Shown here: positions 47,811-57,722 of the stretch, piece after piece
Position numbering within the stretch: position 1 is the stretch's first letter
How the letters are laid out: each line of letters begins with the position of its first letter
DNA from: Patescibacteria group bacterium
Lineage (GTDB): Bacteria > Patescibacteriota > UBA1384 > UBA12157 > JAENIV01
Direction of reading: 5' to 3'
Length of the DNA: 64,000 nucleotides
Assembly: GCA_041666185.1 (NCBI GenBank)
Contig: JBAYHL010000002.1
Span: forward strand, 1,834 to 65,833
Translations under genes and position numbers: made by a program
The notes under the pieces: model-generated
What the model was told of the DNA's origin: nothing
Databases searched by the model: none
The model's input: the letters and a program-made list of their open reading frames with translations, nothing else

Positions 47811-48326
47811 TTACTCCTTTAAAAGCTCGTTGAGCTTTTCGTCTAAAGTTTTTAGACGTTCTTCTTCATCTATTTCGGGTTCAACAGCTTTTTTAGGTTT
47901 AGCAGGTGTTTTAGTTACCTTTGGTGCTTTTACTTTTGTTTCTTTTTCAATCTCAGATTTTGCTTCTTCAACTTTTTCTTCCTTGACTTGTTTTTCTGGA
48001 GCTAGTTCTTCCTCAACTTTTTTAGAAATTTTTGGTAAAGCTCCTTTTGATTTTTTAGTAGCAACAATTAAATGTCTTAGAATTTCTTCTTTAAGATTTA
48101 ATTTACGATTTAGTTCAGCGACTTTTTCTTCCGAAATTTCAAAAACAATCGTCGAAAAATAAGCTTCACTTTGTTTTTCAACTTTGTAAACGAGTTGTTT
48201 CCGGCCTAAGGACGAAGCAGAGACTATTTTGCCAGATAGGCTTTCAATAATTTCTGGCGTTGGTCCGTCAACTGCCGGATTTTTTAATTCTTCAATTGTA
48301 AGAAATGTAATTTCATATTGTTTCAT
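47811..48326 (-). CDS. rpsF: 30S ribosomal protein S6 with long K/E-rich C-terminal extension
   Basis: MKQYE, LGRKQL.Y and EILRHLIV motifs; first gene of the rpsF-ssb-rpsR operon. Confidence 0.92.
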   Translation of the reverse strand: MKQYEITFLTIEELKNPAVDGPTPEIIESLSGKIVSASSLGRKQLVYKVEKQSEAYFSTIVFEISEEKVAELNRKLNLKEEILRHLIVATKKSKGALPKISKKVEEELAPEKQVKEEKVEEAKSEIEKETKVKAPKVTKTPAKPKKAVEPEIDEEERLKTLDEKLNELLKE

Positions 48327-48428
48327 TGCTTTTCAAATATAACAGAAGAAGAAAACTTTTGCAAGCCCCCACACCTATTATTACTTTCAGCGTATTTTAA
48401 TAGGTATGGGGATAAAAGCTCAGGTCTT

Positions 48429-48454
48429 AAAAACCCCCGTTCAAACGGGGGTTT
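48429..48454 (-). terminator. Terminator of the NYN gene
   Basis: aaacccccgtt-ca-aacgggggttt with an A run on the + strand. Confidence 0.75.
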
Positions 48455-48461
48455 ATCTTTG

Positions 48462-49085
48462 CTAACTAGCGTTAGGACTTTCTTCTTCGAAGATTTCTCC
48501 TGTTAGTTCTTCATCTTCAATGTCAGCTTCTTCGTATTTACCTTGGTAGGTAATGTCAGTTTCTCTTTGAAGCAGGGCAAGAATGTTCCAGTATTTATCG
48601 CAATGATTAAGCAGAAGTGGGTTCATACATATAGGTATGCCACAGATTTCTATTCTTTTCTGATATGAATCAGAGAGAAGTTGGGCAACAAATCGAAAGT
48701 CACCGTCACGAGTAACAATAATAGCCGTATCGTATTGTTCATGAGATTTAATCATTTCACAAACTAATTGGCAGTCAGAATATCCTTTAATTCTATGCAA
48801 TCCCTTTTCAGGATTATTCTGAATAGTTTGTAAGACAGTAATCACTTGGAATCCGTTTTGTCGTAAACTCATGATGGTGGCATGGGTTGATCGTTCTATT
48901 CTACCGTCAGGTGAAGCCGAGATCATCATTAGTTTTTTTTCTGCCGGGCGACCATAGATAATTATGTTAACAAGTTTTTGAATATCGATGTTAATACCCC
49001 TTCGTTGCCGAATGATATCTAATATGTCGAAAAAATTATCGCCATCAATAAAAACGGCCACTCTTTCATTTTTTGAATTGTCCAA
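48462..49085 (-). CDS. NYN/LabA-DUF88 PIN-fold nuclease-domain protein
   Basis: VAVFIDGDN, KG.SD and TRDGDF motifs; AGGAGGT SD with TTG start; TTGACT-17-TAAGAT promoter at 49146-49118. Confidence 0.85.
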   Translation of the reverse strand: MDNSKNERVAVFIDGDNFFDILDIIRQRRGINIDIQKLVNIIIYGRPAEKKLMMISASPDGRIERSTHATIMSLRQNGFQVITVLQTIQNNPEKGLHRIKGYSDCQLVCEMIKSHEQYDTAIIVTRDGDFRFVAQLLSDSYQKRIEICGIPICMNPLLLNHCDKYWNILALLQRETDITYQGKYEEADIEDEELTGEIFEEESPNAS

Positions 49086-49154
49086 GGTGCTATACCTCCT
49101 GAATAAAACTGACCTAAATCTTACCAGAAAACAGAGAACAAGTCAAGAGTTTCG

Positions 49155-50258
49155 TTAAACATTGAATCGAAATAGTACAATGTCGCCATCTTGAACAATA
49201 TAAGTTTTCCCCTCGGTTTTAATGAGCCCTTTTTCTTTGCAACCGGCCCAACCGTTATATTGAATAAAGTCTTCGTATTTTATGACTTCGGCGGCAATAA
49301 ATCCGCGCTCAAAATCAGTATGAATAACGCCGGCGGCCTGTGGTGCAGTTGAACCTTTCTTAATAGTCCAGGCGCGTGTTTCTTGTTCGCCAGAAGTAAG
49401 ATAGGTAATAAGTCCTAAGGTGCTGTAAGCGGCATGAATTAGTCGCGCAAGACCGCTTTCTTTAAGTCCCAAGGATTCTAAAAATTCACCTTGCTCATCT
49501 TTATTTAGCGCGCCAAGTTCTGATTCAACTTTAGCAGAAATAGGAATTAAGCTTTCAGGATTTTTAATAATTTCTTGTAGGTTATATTTTTCAATTAATT
49601 CTTCAGAGCTCGCTCCGGCCATGTCTTCGGAGACATTGGCAATATATAAAACTGGTTTAGAGGTAAGTAACTGAATTTCTTTAATTGGCGCTAAGTCTTC
49701 GCTGTTAGGAAAAATTGCCCAGACTGGCAATTCGTTTTCCAAGCCTTCTTTAATTTTTTCTAAAATAGCAATTTTCTTTTTAGTTTCATTATCGCCAGCT
49801 TTTAGTTCTTTTCGCATTCTTTCAAATGTTTTTTCGATAACATTTAGATCAGATAAGATTAATTCCAATTGAATAGTTTTAATGTCTTCAGCTGGTTCAA
49901 TTTTGCCAGCCACGTGGACAATATCGGAATTTTTAAAAAATCTAACCACCATGGCAATGGCGTCAGTTTCTTTGACATGAGAGAGAAATTTATTGCCCAA
50001 ACCTTCACCCTTATGAGCTCCTTTAACTAACCCGGCAATGTCGATAAATTCAATTGTTGTTGGTACTGTTTTTTTACTTTTAGAAATTTCTGTAAGTTTT
50101 GCCAAGCGACTATCTGGTACTTCAACAACACCGACATTTGGGTCGATGGTGCAAAATGGATAATTGCTTGCTTCGGCTTGAGCATTTTTTACCAAAGCGT
50201 TAAATAAGGTTGATTTACCAACGTTGGGTAGACCAACAATTCCAATACTTAAAGACAT
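49155..50258 (-). CDS. ychF: Redox-regulated ATPase YchF
   Basis: GLPNVGKSTLFN, NYPFCTI.PN, DIAGLV.GA..GEGLGN.FL and FRFNV motifs. Confidence 0.98.
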   Translation of the reverse strand: MSLSIGIVGLPNVGKSTLFNALVKNAQAEASNYPFCTIDPNVGVVEVPDSRLAKLTEISKSKKTVPTTIEFIDIAGLVKGAHKGEGLGNKFLSHVKETDAIAMVVRFFKNSDIVHVAGKIEPAEDIKTIQLELILSDLNVIEKTFERMRKELKAGDNETKKKIAILEKIKEGLENELPVWAIFPNSEDLAPIKEIQLLTSKPVLYIANVSEDMAGASSEELIEKYNLQEIIKNPESLIPISAKVESELGALNKDEQGEFLESLGLKESGLARLIHAAYSTLGLITYLTSGEQETRAWTIKKGSTAPQAAGVIHTDFERGFIAAEVIKYEDFIQYNGWAGCKEKGLIKTEGKTYIVQDGDIVLFRFNV

Positions 50259-50386
50259 AACGAGCTTATTCTAGCATAATTTTCAAATTTATGGTAGAGT
50301 ATATATTCTCTGTGGTAATACAGAGCGAAAAGCCAATAGGGTTTAAAATTCATGTCTTTGACAACTGAGACAAAAAGGGGAAAGAA

Positions 50387-51136
50387 ATGGATAGAAACGG
50401 AATTGAATTGGCAGTAGTCGCGTTAAGGTCAATAAGACGAGACGTTGGATTAATAGATTGGCTTCACGACCAATGTAAAAACGGTTTGTTATTAGGTCTT
50501 GAAGAAGCTTTAGTTGATAGTTTAATTGATGGTTCGTATTTCTTCCAAGATGCCCGTCATCTTTCCGAGGATTTTTGTCGGTACATTCACAAAGAAAAGT
50601 CTCGTGAAAGAAATCTTCATCCTGGTTTTATTTCTTTGCTAAAAGCAGTTGCTTCTCGACTCGAATCAGATATTGTTAAAGATAAAAAATATGACCAGAA
50701 AATGTCTTTACTTCTATTTGACGCAGTTCATACCTTTTATGATGTAATCAGTTCTGGTAACACAAAAGACCGCGAAGCTGCGAACAGACTGGCTATGTGT
50801 TTTGGCGAAGCTTCGGATATTGATTTTATTAATGAAACGCTTATGTCGTTAGAGAAAAATGGAGCTGATGAAGAGTTTTTAAATGCACTTGCCGAAGGTG
50901 CTAATAGGCAAGAGGGTGCATGGGAAGTTAGGAAATTTTATTATTTGACAGGAAAGGCAATCCGAGAAGATCAAGAGTCTTGCATTAAGGCTCTTAAAAT
51001 AAGTTTGTCTAATAAATTTGCTCTTCCAAATCCTTCTCAGAAGGATTTACGGGCTCGTAGAGCAGATATCAAAAGGTTAACCCAGTTTGTGGGCAAACCA
51101 AGTGCAAGAGAATTTTTACAAGGTTTGATTAGTTAA
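50387..51136 (+). CDS. Helical hypothetical protein (ORFan unit)
   Basis: AAGGGG SD; 249-aa frame; terminator hairpin at 51158-51185. Confidence 0.7.
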   Translation: MDRNGIELAVVALRSIRRDVGLIDWLHDQCKNGLLLGLEEALVDSLIDGSYFFQDARHLSEDFCRYIHKEKSRERNLHPGFISLLKAVASRLESDIVKDKKYDQKMSLLLFDAVHTFYDVISSGNTKDREAANRLAMCFGEASDIDFINETLMSLEKNGADEEFLNALAEGANRQEGAWEVRKFYYLTGKAIREDQESCIKALKISLSNKFALPNPSQKDLRARRADIKRLTQFVGKPSAREFLQGLIS

Positions 51137-51183
51137 TTTAGTGAGCAAAAACTTATCCTCCGGCAAAACAATGCCGGAGTTTT

Positions 51184-51690
51184 TTAAATCTTTCTTTTTA
51201 ATTTCAAATAAACTTCTCTTAAAAGGCGGGCATCATCCAAAGCATTATGTCGTTGGTACTTTTCTGAGTCAATGCCAAATTTTTTAACCATATCTTTTTG
51301 TCTTTCGTGATATTCTAACGGATCGTAACCTAGGCCGTAAAGAATGCTGGCAAAATCTAGGGGCATCCAGAAGAAAGGGCAATCATCAATGGTAAAAAGT
51401 TTATAAATGTATAAGATATCGAATTGATTAACATAGGCCATTGCCACGGATTTGTTTTTACCAACAAAATCTCTTATTTTCTGTTTTGCTTCATCTCGAC
51501 TAACTTTTTTGTTTTTCAAATTGGGGATAATATTTTCTTTAACCCAAGGGTCTACTTCACCATCATAAGTTAATTCTAAATAAAGTTCCTCGCCACTTTC
51601 TTTAACTAAGCCAATGGAAAGAATTTCTCCTTTGTATGGGTCAAGGCTTGAAAATTCAGTGTCCAAAAATATAATTTCTTTATCTTTCAT
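51184..51690 (-). CDS. DEDDh 3'-5' exoribonuclease (RNase AS/DUF5051-like)
   Basis: FLDTEF, SIGLV, WV.ENI.P.L and HNALDDA motifs. Confidence 0.85.
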   Translation of the reverse strand: MKDKEIIFLDTEFSSLDPYKGEILSIGLVKESGEELYLELTYDGEVDPWVKENIIPNLKNKKVSRDEAKQKIRDFVGKNKSVAMAYVNQFDILYIYKLFTIDDCPFFWMPLDFASILYGLGYDPLEYHERQKDMVKKFGIDSEKYQRHNALDDARLLREVYLKLKRKI

Positions 51691-51805
51691 AACTTGATTA
51701 TGCTTGAAAAGTTGTTAAAAGAGAATATCTAACAGGTTGACTAAGATATAGTAATCAGCTATTTTAAGGGAGGTTAACACAGGTGCTGCAGAAGGGGTGA
51801 AATAA

Positions 51806-52570
51806 ATGGAAGCATGTCCGACGTTTCGAGAATTTATAGAACCGCTTGTTAGTCAGTTTGATGCAGGAGACATATGGCTTAGAGGTGTGGAAACAGACTC
51901 TATCCCTGAAGAATGGGAAGGATTTATGGTTTCTGAAGTAGATCGAGGGGGTGTTCTTCTTTTATGCCAAGCAATATGTGCCGAAGTGTTTTACGAGATT
52001 TCAATGATTAATGATATTGGGCGTTACAATCAATATCGTCACGACTTTCATGGATTAATGAAGGCTGTCTGTGAAAAAGCAAATGGGCTTGGGGTATTCA
52101 TTGAACTTTCGGAAATTGACTTGCCGGTTACTTGTACAGAAGTTCTTGTTAGAACTGGGATAATCGAAGAAGTTGACGGGAATAAGGCGCAGCTAAGTGA
52201 AGTTGGGTGGCAACTTGCTGAAGCAACTGAAAAACAGTTGCGCGGTGGAGGCACAGCGCTTTTACTGGAAAAAGTACCTTTTAGAATTATTAAGACACCT
52301 GCTGGGCCAGCTCCGGAAGAGATTCGCCAAAAATGGATTGGTATTGAACTTGCTGGTTGGTTGAGAGATGCGGAGCCAATTTATGACTTTACTTCATCTT
52401 TTCCTTGCTTAATGCAGGGTAAAGCTGGTTATGTAGTACTGGTCGATGAAGCCTTAGAAAAACTGGAAAAGGTTGATGAGAGAGCATCGATGTGGTTTCG
52501 TGAATGGTTTTCTAAAGGATCTGGCAAACATTTTGTTTTTGAGCAAGATGTAACAGAGCCGATCGAGTAA
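51806..52570 (+). CDS. Hypothetical protein (ORFan unit)
   Basis: AAGGGGTG SD; TTGACT promoter-like element upstream; 254-aa frame. Confidence 0.7.
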   Translation: MEACPTFREFIEPLVSQFDAGDIWLRGVETDSIPEEWEGFMVSEVDRGGVLLLCQAICAEVFYEISMINDIGRYNQYRHDFHGLMKAVCEKANGLGVFIELSEIDLPVTCTEVLVRTGIIEEVDGNKAQLSEVGWQLAEATEKQLRGGGTALLLEKVPFRIIKTPAGPAPEEIRQKWIGIELAGWLRDAEPIYDFTSSFPCLMQGKAGYVVLVDEALEKLEKVDERASMWFREWFSKGSGKHFVFEQDVTEPIE

Positions 52571-52592
52571 GTTTTGATGTGGAGGGTATGTG

Positions 52593-52802
52593 ATGAAAGA
52601 TAAGGTTTTGGTTGGGCTTGAAAAAAGCGTTGAGCGCTCTACCGGGCGGACTGTGAAGTATTTGAGAGAGACACCAATTTGTCAGCAACGACGAGACATT
52701 GAAGCAAAAACTGGTAAGCCGATGCGAATCGTATCTTCTTTGCCAAGAATATTGGATAGCAAGACAATTAATCAAATGGTAGACAAAGCTCTACGCACCT
52801 AG
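52593..52802 (+). CDS. Small basic hypothetical protein
   Basis: GGAGGG SD 6 nt before ATG 52593; terminator at 52825-52862. Confidence 0.65.
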   Translation: MKDKVLVGLEKSVERSTGRTVKYLRETPICQQRRDIEAKTGKPMRIVSSLPRILDSKTINQMVDKALRT

Positions 52803-52863
52803 CAAACGATGACTAGTTTTTACCAAGGATATTCGGCGTTAAATGCTGGATATCCTTTTTTTA

Positions 52864-52894
52864 TTTCAACACCTCAATACTTGAGGCGTTGGAC
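52864..52894. repeat. 31-bp palindromic element, copy 1
   Basis: tttcaacacctcaa-tac-ttgaggcgttggac. Confidence 0.85.
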
Positions 52895-52950
52895 AAGGTA
52901 TAAAAAAAAGAGCAGAGAAATTAATTTTCCCTGCTCACAATGGCATTGTT

Positions 52951-55725
52951 CTACCAGCTTCCTCCGCTGGATGAAGATATTCCTCCGCCGAAGCTGCCTC
53001 CGGAAGAAGAGGAGGAGCCGCCGCCCCAACTCGAAGAGCTTGACCATGATGACGAGCTACTACTTGAGCTTGACTCATACCTTTGTCGTCTTTCTCTCTC
53101 TTCTTCTTGGCGAATTTGAGCTTGTTTGACTTCGTAAGTATGTCGGGAATCGCGAACTTGTTGTTCCCAGGAATTTCTTATAGTCTCGATTCCGGCGTAA
53201 AGCAGTAGATAGTTAAGCAACTGATCTCCTGTTGGAGGCTGATAGGATGAGAGGTTGTCAATCTTGCCACCATATTTTTTTATCTTCTTGATGGCAGTGT
53301 TTCTTTCTTCGTCCAGTTCGGTTACTGCTTGCTCGTAGTTTTTTTTCGCTTTGTCGAGCTCGTCACAAAGTTGTATGCAGCTTGTGAATTGCTCGTGAGC
53401 TTGCGAAAAATGTTCAATAGCCTCTTCAGCTTTTCTCTTGGCCTCGACGTGGTGATTTGTTCCCAGGCTCGATTGAGCAGTGGAAAGATCATTTTTGCCG
53501 GCTTCGTAAGCATCATTACCATTTCTCAAGGCCGTAGCCGCATATCGGGTGCCAGCATGAACTTTGATTGTCTCCTCTAAACGTTCATTTGCCTTTTCGC
53601 GGATTTTCGTTGTTTTCTCAAATTGCTCCGTGGTTTTTGCAATAATCTTGTTAGCATTCATAATAGCGCTTTTGGCTATTTCTGTTTGCTCGACGCACTT
53701 GCTGTAAGTCGTCTTGACGATTTCAGCCTGGTGGTCGATATCCCCAAGGCTGTCTGAACTCATTAGTAATGCTTCGAATTTCGCTTCTTCTCGTTGTGCA
53801 TTATCGAAGGTAATTCGCGGATCATCTTTTGGCGCCAAAACAGTGTTGTTAATCGATGGGGAATCTTCTATTCGTTTGGCGACCATAGCTTTTCGTATTC
53901 TGATAAGTTGATCAAGTTGACAACTAAGTGTTTCTTCTTGCGCCAGACCTTTATTGATTGCCTCGAGATAGGCGATTGGATCACTCCAGCGATTGGAATT
54001 TACCTGATCGTAGTAAGTCTGATCAGAAGCATCATCGCCGTAAAGAGTGTGACTTGCAAGCCAACGCTGAGGAATCTTGTTATCATTTGCAAGTTTAAGC
54101 ATTGCATCGAGCTTTTCAGGGGTCATAAGCTCTTCGGCCGTGTGAATGCGGCTTTCGGCAGCATGTTTTAATTGGTCCCAAGCCTCAGCCGCTCTCTTAT
54201 ATCGACTATCTAACTCATTAATGAGGTTTTGCGGTTTAAAAGTAATTCGTTTGGTTTCAGGGGCGAAAAGCTTTCTTTTTTCCACCTCGCCAGTGTCGAA
54301 TTCAAATGGGCTAGAAAGGAAATCGATAGCTCTTTTTAGCGGTCCGAAGTTAAAGAAAACACCGCGAACAGCCAAAGCTTTAGCCTCTTCAATGTGAAGG
54401 CGAAGAGCTTCGATAGCAATGAAAATACGGTCCACTTCTTTGGTTGTGCTATCGTAAAGCTCTTTTGTCTTTCCCTTAATATCGGTAAGAGTAAGTATCA
54501 TCGTTCGCTCTTGATCGAAATTGATATACTTAGGAGCAGCATTTTGGAGCATCCCTTGCCATTTTTCAATTTCTTTATCGAATCGCTGACGCAAAGTTTT
54601 CAAAGCGCGAAGGCGACTGAGAAATAAATAGAAGGCTAAAAAGATGATAAAAACAATACTCACCATCTTTATGTTTGATGCTACTCGTTGTTCTAGCAAT
54701 TCACGTTCTTTTTCGGCGACAAAACTAGCCAAACCAGAAGTAGATTTACTAAGAGACGAGGCCTCATTAGTCATCTCGTCTGTTTTGTCTTTTTGGCGAA
54801 TTTCTTTAGCGTGCTTAAGTGCAATGCGATACAAAGAGAGGTTTCTGGGTAAGAGTTTACGATCTTTACCCAAAGTTTCTGTCATATTCGCGATTTGCCT
54901 ATCAAGCTTGCTACGAGCAGCAATAAGCTCTCTTTCTCGGAACTTGATAAGTTGGATGTGGCTTTCAAGGTCGTTGATAGCTTTATCCAAAACTTTTACT
55001 TCCGCGAACATTTGTCCTCGATTGGTTCCGGCAACAATAGCAATTGCATGCTTATTGATTCTCTGATAGCTTTCGGTGTTCTGGGGTAAATATCTTTCCT
55101 GGTAATCAAGAAGCCGTTGAAGCTCGTTGATTTTGCTATTGAGCGTCTGACGAGCAGCTTTTAGTTGTCGAGCAGCTATAACAGCTGGGTCAGTTTCTGT
55201 TGTCAGATACTTATCTACTGCCTGGGCCATCTTAATGATGCCCGTTTTTGGATCTTTGCGAGCATTCTTAACATAGCTTACAAAGATGGCAGTGTAGGGA
55301 TCATGGGCCTCTCTGACAAATCCAAGCCTGCTTTCCCATTCACTACCGGCTAAAAAACGATATTTTTTGGGACTGTAGGTTAGTAAAAAGATACAGGACT
55401 TAGTAGTATCGAAATCTGGATCATCTTGCCAATCGGTGCAAAGGTTATCGATTGCGCAAGCAGTATCTTCGTCTGAATATCCGTCGAACGATTCAACAAT
55501 AACGACATAGTAAGGATACTTTAACTTAGCCATGGCCTTTTGTATTTCTTCAAGGCCGTGTTTACCAATACCTTCTGGGTCAAAACCGTTAGGTACAGTG
55601 TAGACATATTGTCCAGGTCTGACGTTCGGTGCAGGTATTGATATTGCAAGGACGCAGATTGGTGCTTGTAGTAATACTAAAGCAACCAGAGTGACGAAAA
55701 AGCGTGACAGTGTTTTCAATTGCAT
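52951..55725 (-). CDS. Large TPM-domain-like membrane protein with long coiled coils and Ser/Gly tail
   Basis: Signal peptide; alpha/beta N-domain; single TM near aa 355; heptad-rich helices; SSSWGGG...GGGSW tail typical of TPM/YgcG proteins; AAGGAGG SD. Confidence 0.65.
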   Translation of the reverse strand: MQLKTLSRFFVTLVALVLLQAPICVLAISIPAPNVRPGQYVYTVPNGFDPEGIGKHGLEEIQKAMAKLKYPYYVVIVESFDGYSDEDTACAIDNLCTDWQDDPDFDTTKSCIFLLTYSPKKYRFLAGSEWESRLGFVREAHDPYTAIFVSYVKNARKDPKTGIIKMAQAVDKYLTTETDPAVIAARQLKAARQTLNSKINELQRLLDYQERYLPQNTESYQRINKHAIAIVAGTNRGQMFAEVKVLDKAINDLESHIQLIKFRERELIAARSKLDRQIANMTETLGKDRKLLPRNLSLYRIALKHAKEIRQKDKTDEMTNEASSLSKSTSGLASFVAEKERELLEQRVASNIKMVSIVFIIFLAFYLFLSRLRALKTLRQRFDKEIEKWQGMLQNAAPKYINFDQERTMILTLTDIKGKTKELYDSTTKEVDRIFIAIEALRLHIEEAKALAVRGVFFNFGPLKRAIDFLSSPFEFDTGEVEKRKLFAPETKRITFKPQNLINELDSRYKRAAEAWDQLKHAAESRIHTAEELMTPEKLDAMLKLANDNKIPQRWLASHTLYGDDASDQTYYDQVNSNRWSDPIAYLEAINKGLAQEETLSCQLDQLIRIRKAMVAKRIEDSPSINNTVLAPKDDPRITFDNAQREEAKFEALLMSSDSLGDIDHQAEIVKTTYSKCVEQTEIAKSAIMNANKIIAKTTEQFEKTTKIREKANERLEETIKVHAGTRYAATALRNGNDAYEAGKNDLSTAQSSLGTNHHVEAKRKAEEAIEHFSQAHEQFTSCIQLCDELDKAKKNYEQAVTELDEERNTAIKKIKKYGGKIDNLSSYQPPTGDQLLNYLLLYAGIETIRNSWEQQVRDSRHTYEVKQAQIRQEEERERRQRYESSSSSSSSSWSSSSSWGGGSSSSSGGSFGGGISSSSGGSW

Positions 55726-55794
55726 TTCCTCCTTCGAAGTTGACGATTTGATTTTTAATGAACAAACAATGTGTAACCTAAAAGGCTACACACT

Positions 55795-55823
55795 ATCCTA
55801 GCAGAAAATCTTTTACTTGTCAA
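55795..55823 (-). promoter_or_regulatory. Sigma70 promoter of the TPM gene
   Basis: TTGACA-17-(TGc)TAGGAT on the minus strand. Confidence 0.7.
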
Positions 55824-55855
55824 TATGGTTAGAGGTAGTATTGTTAAGGCAAAAA

Positions 55856-55886
55856 TTTCAACGCCTCAAGTGTTGAGGCGTTGAAA
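55856..55886. repeat. 31-bp palindromic element, copy 2
   Basis: tttcaacgcctcaa-gtg-ttgaggcgttgaaa, with perfect 14-bp arms. Confidence 0.9.
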
Positions 55887-55903
55887 AGATTAACCTGTTT
55901 GGA

Positions 55904-55932
55904 TTGACAAGAAGCTCTTTTGCTAGTAAGAT
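55904..55932 (+). promoter_or_regulatory. Sigma70 promoter of the CPA2 antiporter gene
   Basis: TTGACA-17-TAAGAT. Confidence 0.7.
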
Positions 55933-55990
55933 GTGAAGTCTTAACAAGTAGTACATTACCAATTAAATAACTAACTCGCGGAGGTGGGGA

Positions 55991-57715
55991 ATGACACCAG
56001 ATGTTGTCGGAATTGGCATAGTGGTAGTTATGACAGCTCTTATTGCTTTTGCGGCAAAATTGCTAAAGCAACCGATTATTCCTTCCTATATTTTAGCCGG
56101 GGTAATTATTGGTCCAATCGCTTTGCAATGGATTGCTGACCCAAAAGCAATTCAAACTCTTTCGGATTTGACAATTATTTTTGTCATGTTCGTTATTGGT
56201 TTGGTAATGGATGTTGATCGCATTAAATCAGTTGGTTCGGTGGTTTCCTTTGGTGGCATTATCCAAGTAATTTTAACAAGTATACTTGGTTTTGCCATTG
56301 CTTGTATCTGGTTTGATGCGCTAACCAGTATGTACATTGGTCTAATGTTTGCCTTTGGATCAACTGCTTTGGTAGTAAAGATCCTAGCGGATAAAAGACA
56401 ATTAGATACCTTGCATGGCGCGATTACTTTAGGCATTCTGCTTTTGCAAGATATTTTAGCGATTGTCGCTTTGTCATTGTTTTCCGCCAAAGGGTTGTCG
56501 ACAAATGATGTAATTGGTGTAGCAATCAAATCTTTCGGTATAGTTTTTATTGGAATTTTGGCTGGCCAATATGTTTTTCCTAAAATTCTTGCCAAGATAT
56601 CCGATAGTACAGAACAGCTAACACTGACCAGTATTGCTATTGGATTTATCTTTGCTTTTTTGGCCGAAAGCCAAGGTTTGTCAGCTTCAATTGGAGCCTT
56701 TATTACTGGTGTTAGTTTAGCTAACCTGCCTTTTAGATTGGAGCTGCAAGGAAGAGTCAAAGCTTTGCGAGATTTTTTCTTGCCAATATTTTTTGCCACT
56801 TTAGGTGTTCAGGTTGCTATACCGGGTGTTAACATGATTCTTCCGGTTTTGGTCTTAACAATTTGTTGTTTAATTTTAAAGCCCCTACTTATCTCGGTAA
56901 TTATCGCTTTATTTGGTTATCAAAGAAGAACTTCGTTTTTTGTTGGAGTTGCTTTGGTGCCAGTGAGCGAATTTGGTCTAGTTCTTGTTGCCGTAGGGAT
57001 AAAATTAGGTCAAATTAAACCAGAAATCATGACTTTATCAATATTGGTCATGGCGCTGTCGATGTTTTTCTCGTCCTATCTATTTGGTGGCAAGCTTTAT
57101 CAAAAGATATCGCCATTATTACAATTTCTTGATCGGATTGGTCCTCAAAAAAAGAATGAAGAGGATCTTAAAAACGATGGCATTAACTTCAAAGCTATTT
57201 TGATAGGATGCCATCGAGCGGGACGTTATATTTATCATGTTTTATGTAACCTGTATCCGATTAAGGTGATAGAATACGACCTTAATCGACTGATGCTTCT
57301 AAAAGATATGGAGATTCCTTGTCTTTATGGAGATGCGACTGATCCGGAAGTTTGGGAAAGTTTAGGTGATCTTTCTGAGCTAAAGATTGTCGCTTCTACT
57401 ATTTCTGATGTTGAACAGAGTTTAACGATTCTAAGATATTTGAAAAGTAAGTGGCCGCATTTAATAATTATTCTCTCTGCCGATCATATTGACGAAGCGA
57501 AACGTTTGTACGAAGAAGGAGCGGATTATGTTATTTGTCCTTACGTTATTGCTGGCCAAATGATCGAAAAAGGTGATCTAAACGATATCTTTAACGAAAT
57601 TAAGGTAGCAGATTTGCGTGATGAAGCCAAAAACCATATTGATGAAATGGCCGCTCGTTGGCGCATAAAAGCTTGTCAGTGTGGAAATAAACAAAAGAAA
57701 ACAAACGCGAAATAA
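55991..57715 (+). CDS. CPA2 (Kef-type) cation:proton antiporter with C-terminal TrkA-N/RCK domain
   Basis: YILAGVIIGP, STALVVK, LLLQD, GAFI.G and SEFG motifs; YGDATDP and LYEEGADYVI.P in the RCK domain. Confidence 0.92.
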   Translation: MTPDVVGIGIVVVMTALIAFAAKLLKQPIIPSYILAGVIIGPIALQWIADPKAIQTLSDLTIIFVMFVIGLVMDVDRIKSVGSVVSFGGIIQVILTSILGFAIACIWFDALTSMYIGLMFAFGSTALVVKILADKRQLDTLHGAITLGILLLQDILAIVALSLFSAKGLSTNDVIGVAIKSFGIVFIGILAGQYVFPKILAKISDSTEQLTLTSIAIGFIFAFLAESQGLSASIGAFITGVSLANLPFRLELQGRVKALRDFFLPIFFATLGVQVAIPGVNMILPVLVLTICCLILKPLLISVIIALFGYQRRTSFFVGVALVPVSEFGLVLVAVGIKLGQIKPEIMTLSILVMALSMFFSSYLFGGKLYQKISPLLQFLDRIGPQKKNEEDLKNDGINFKAILIGCHRAGRYIYHVLCNLYPIKVIEYDLNRLMLLKDMEIPCLYGDATDPEVWESLGDLSELKIVASTISDVEQSLTILRYLKSKWPHLIIILSADHIDEAKRLYEEGADYVICPYVIAGQMIEKGDLNDIFNEIKVADLRDEAKNHIDEMAARWRIKACQCGNKQKKTNAK

Positions 57716-57722
57716 CTTAACG

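Noticed and set aside
48462-52802. NYN + DEDDh exonuclease + ORFans as a single defence system
   Set aside because: The genes are on different strands, have separate promoters and terminators, and are split by ychF; nothing in the sequence links them.
52864-52894. Integron attC site (TTTCAAC...GTTGGAC ends)
   Set aside because: Only 31 bp, no extrahelical bases typical of attC, and the tyrosine recombinase looks like Xer rather than IntI.
52809-53129. 106-aa plus-strand ORF
   Set aside because: Runs through two terminators, the palindrome and the antisense of the TPM Ser/Gly tail; no SD.
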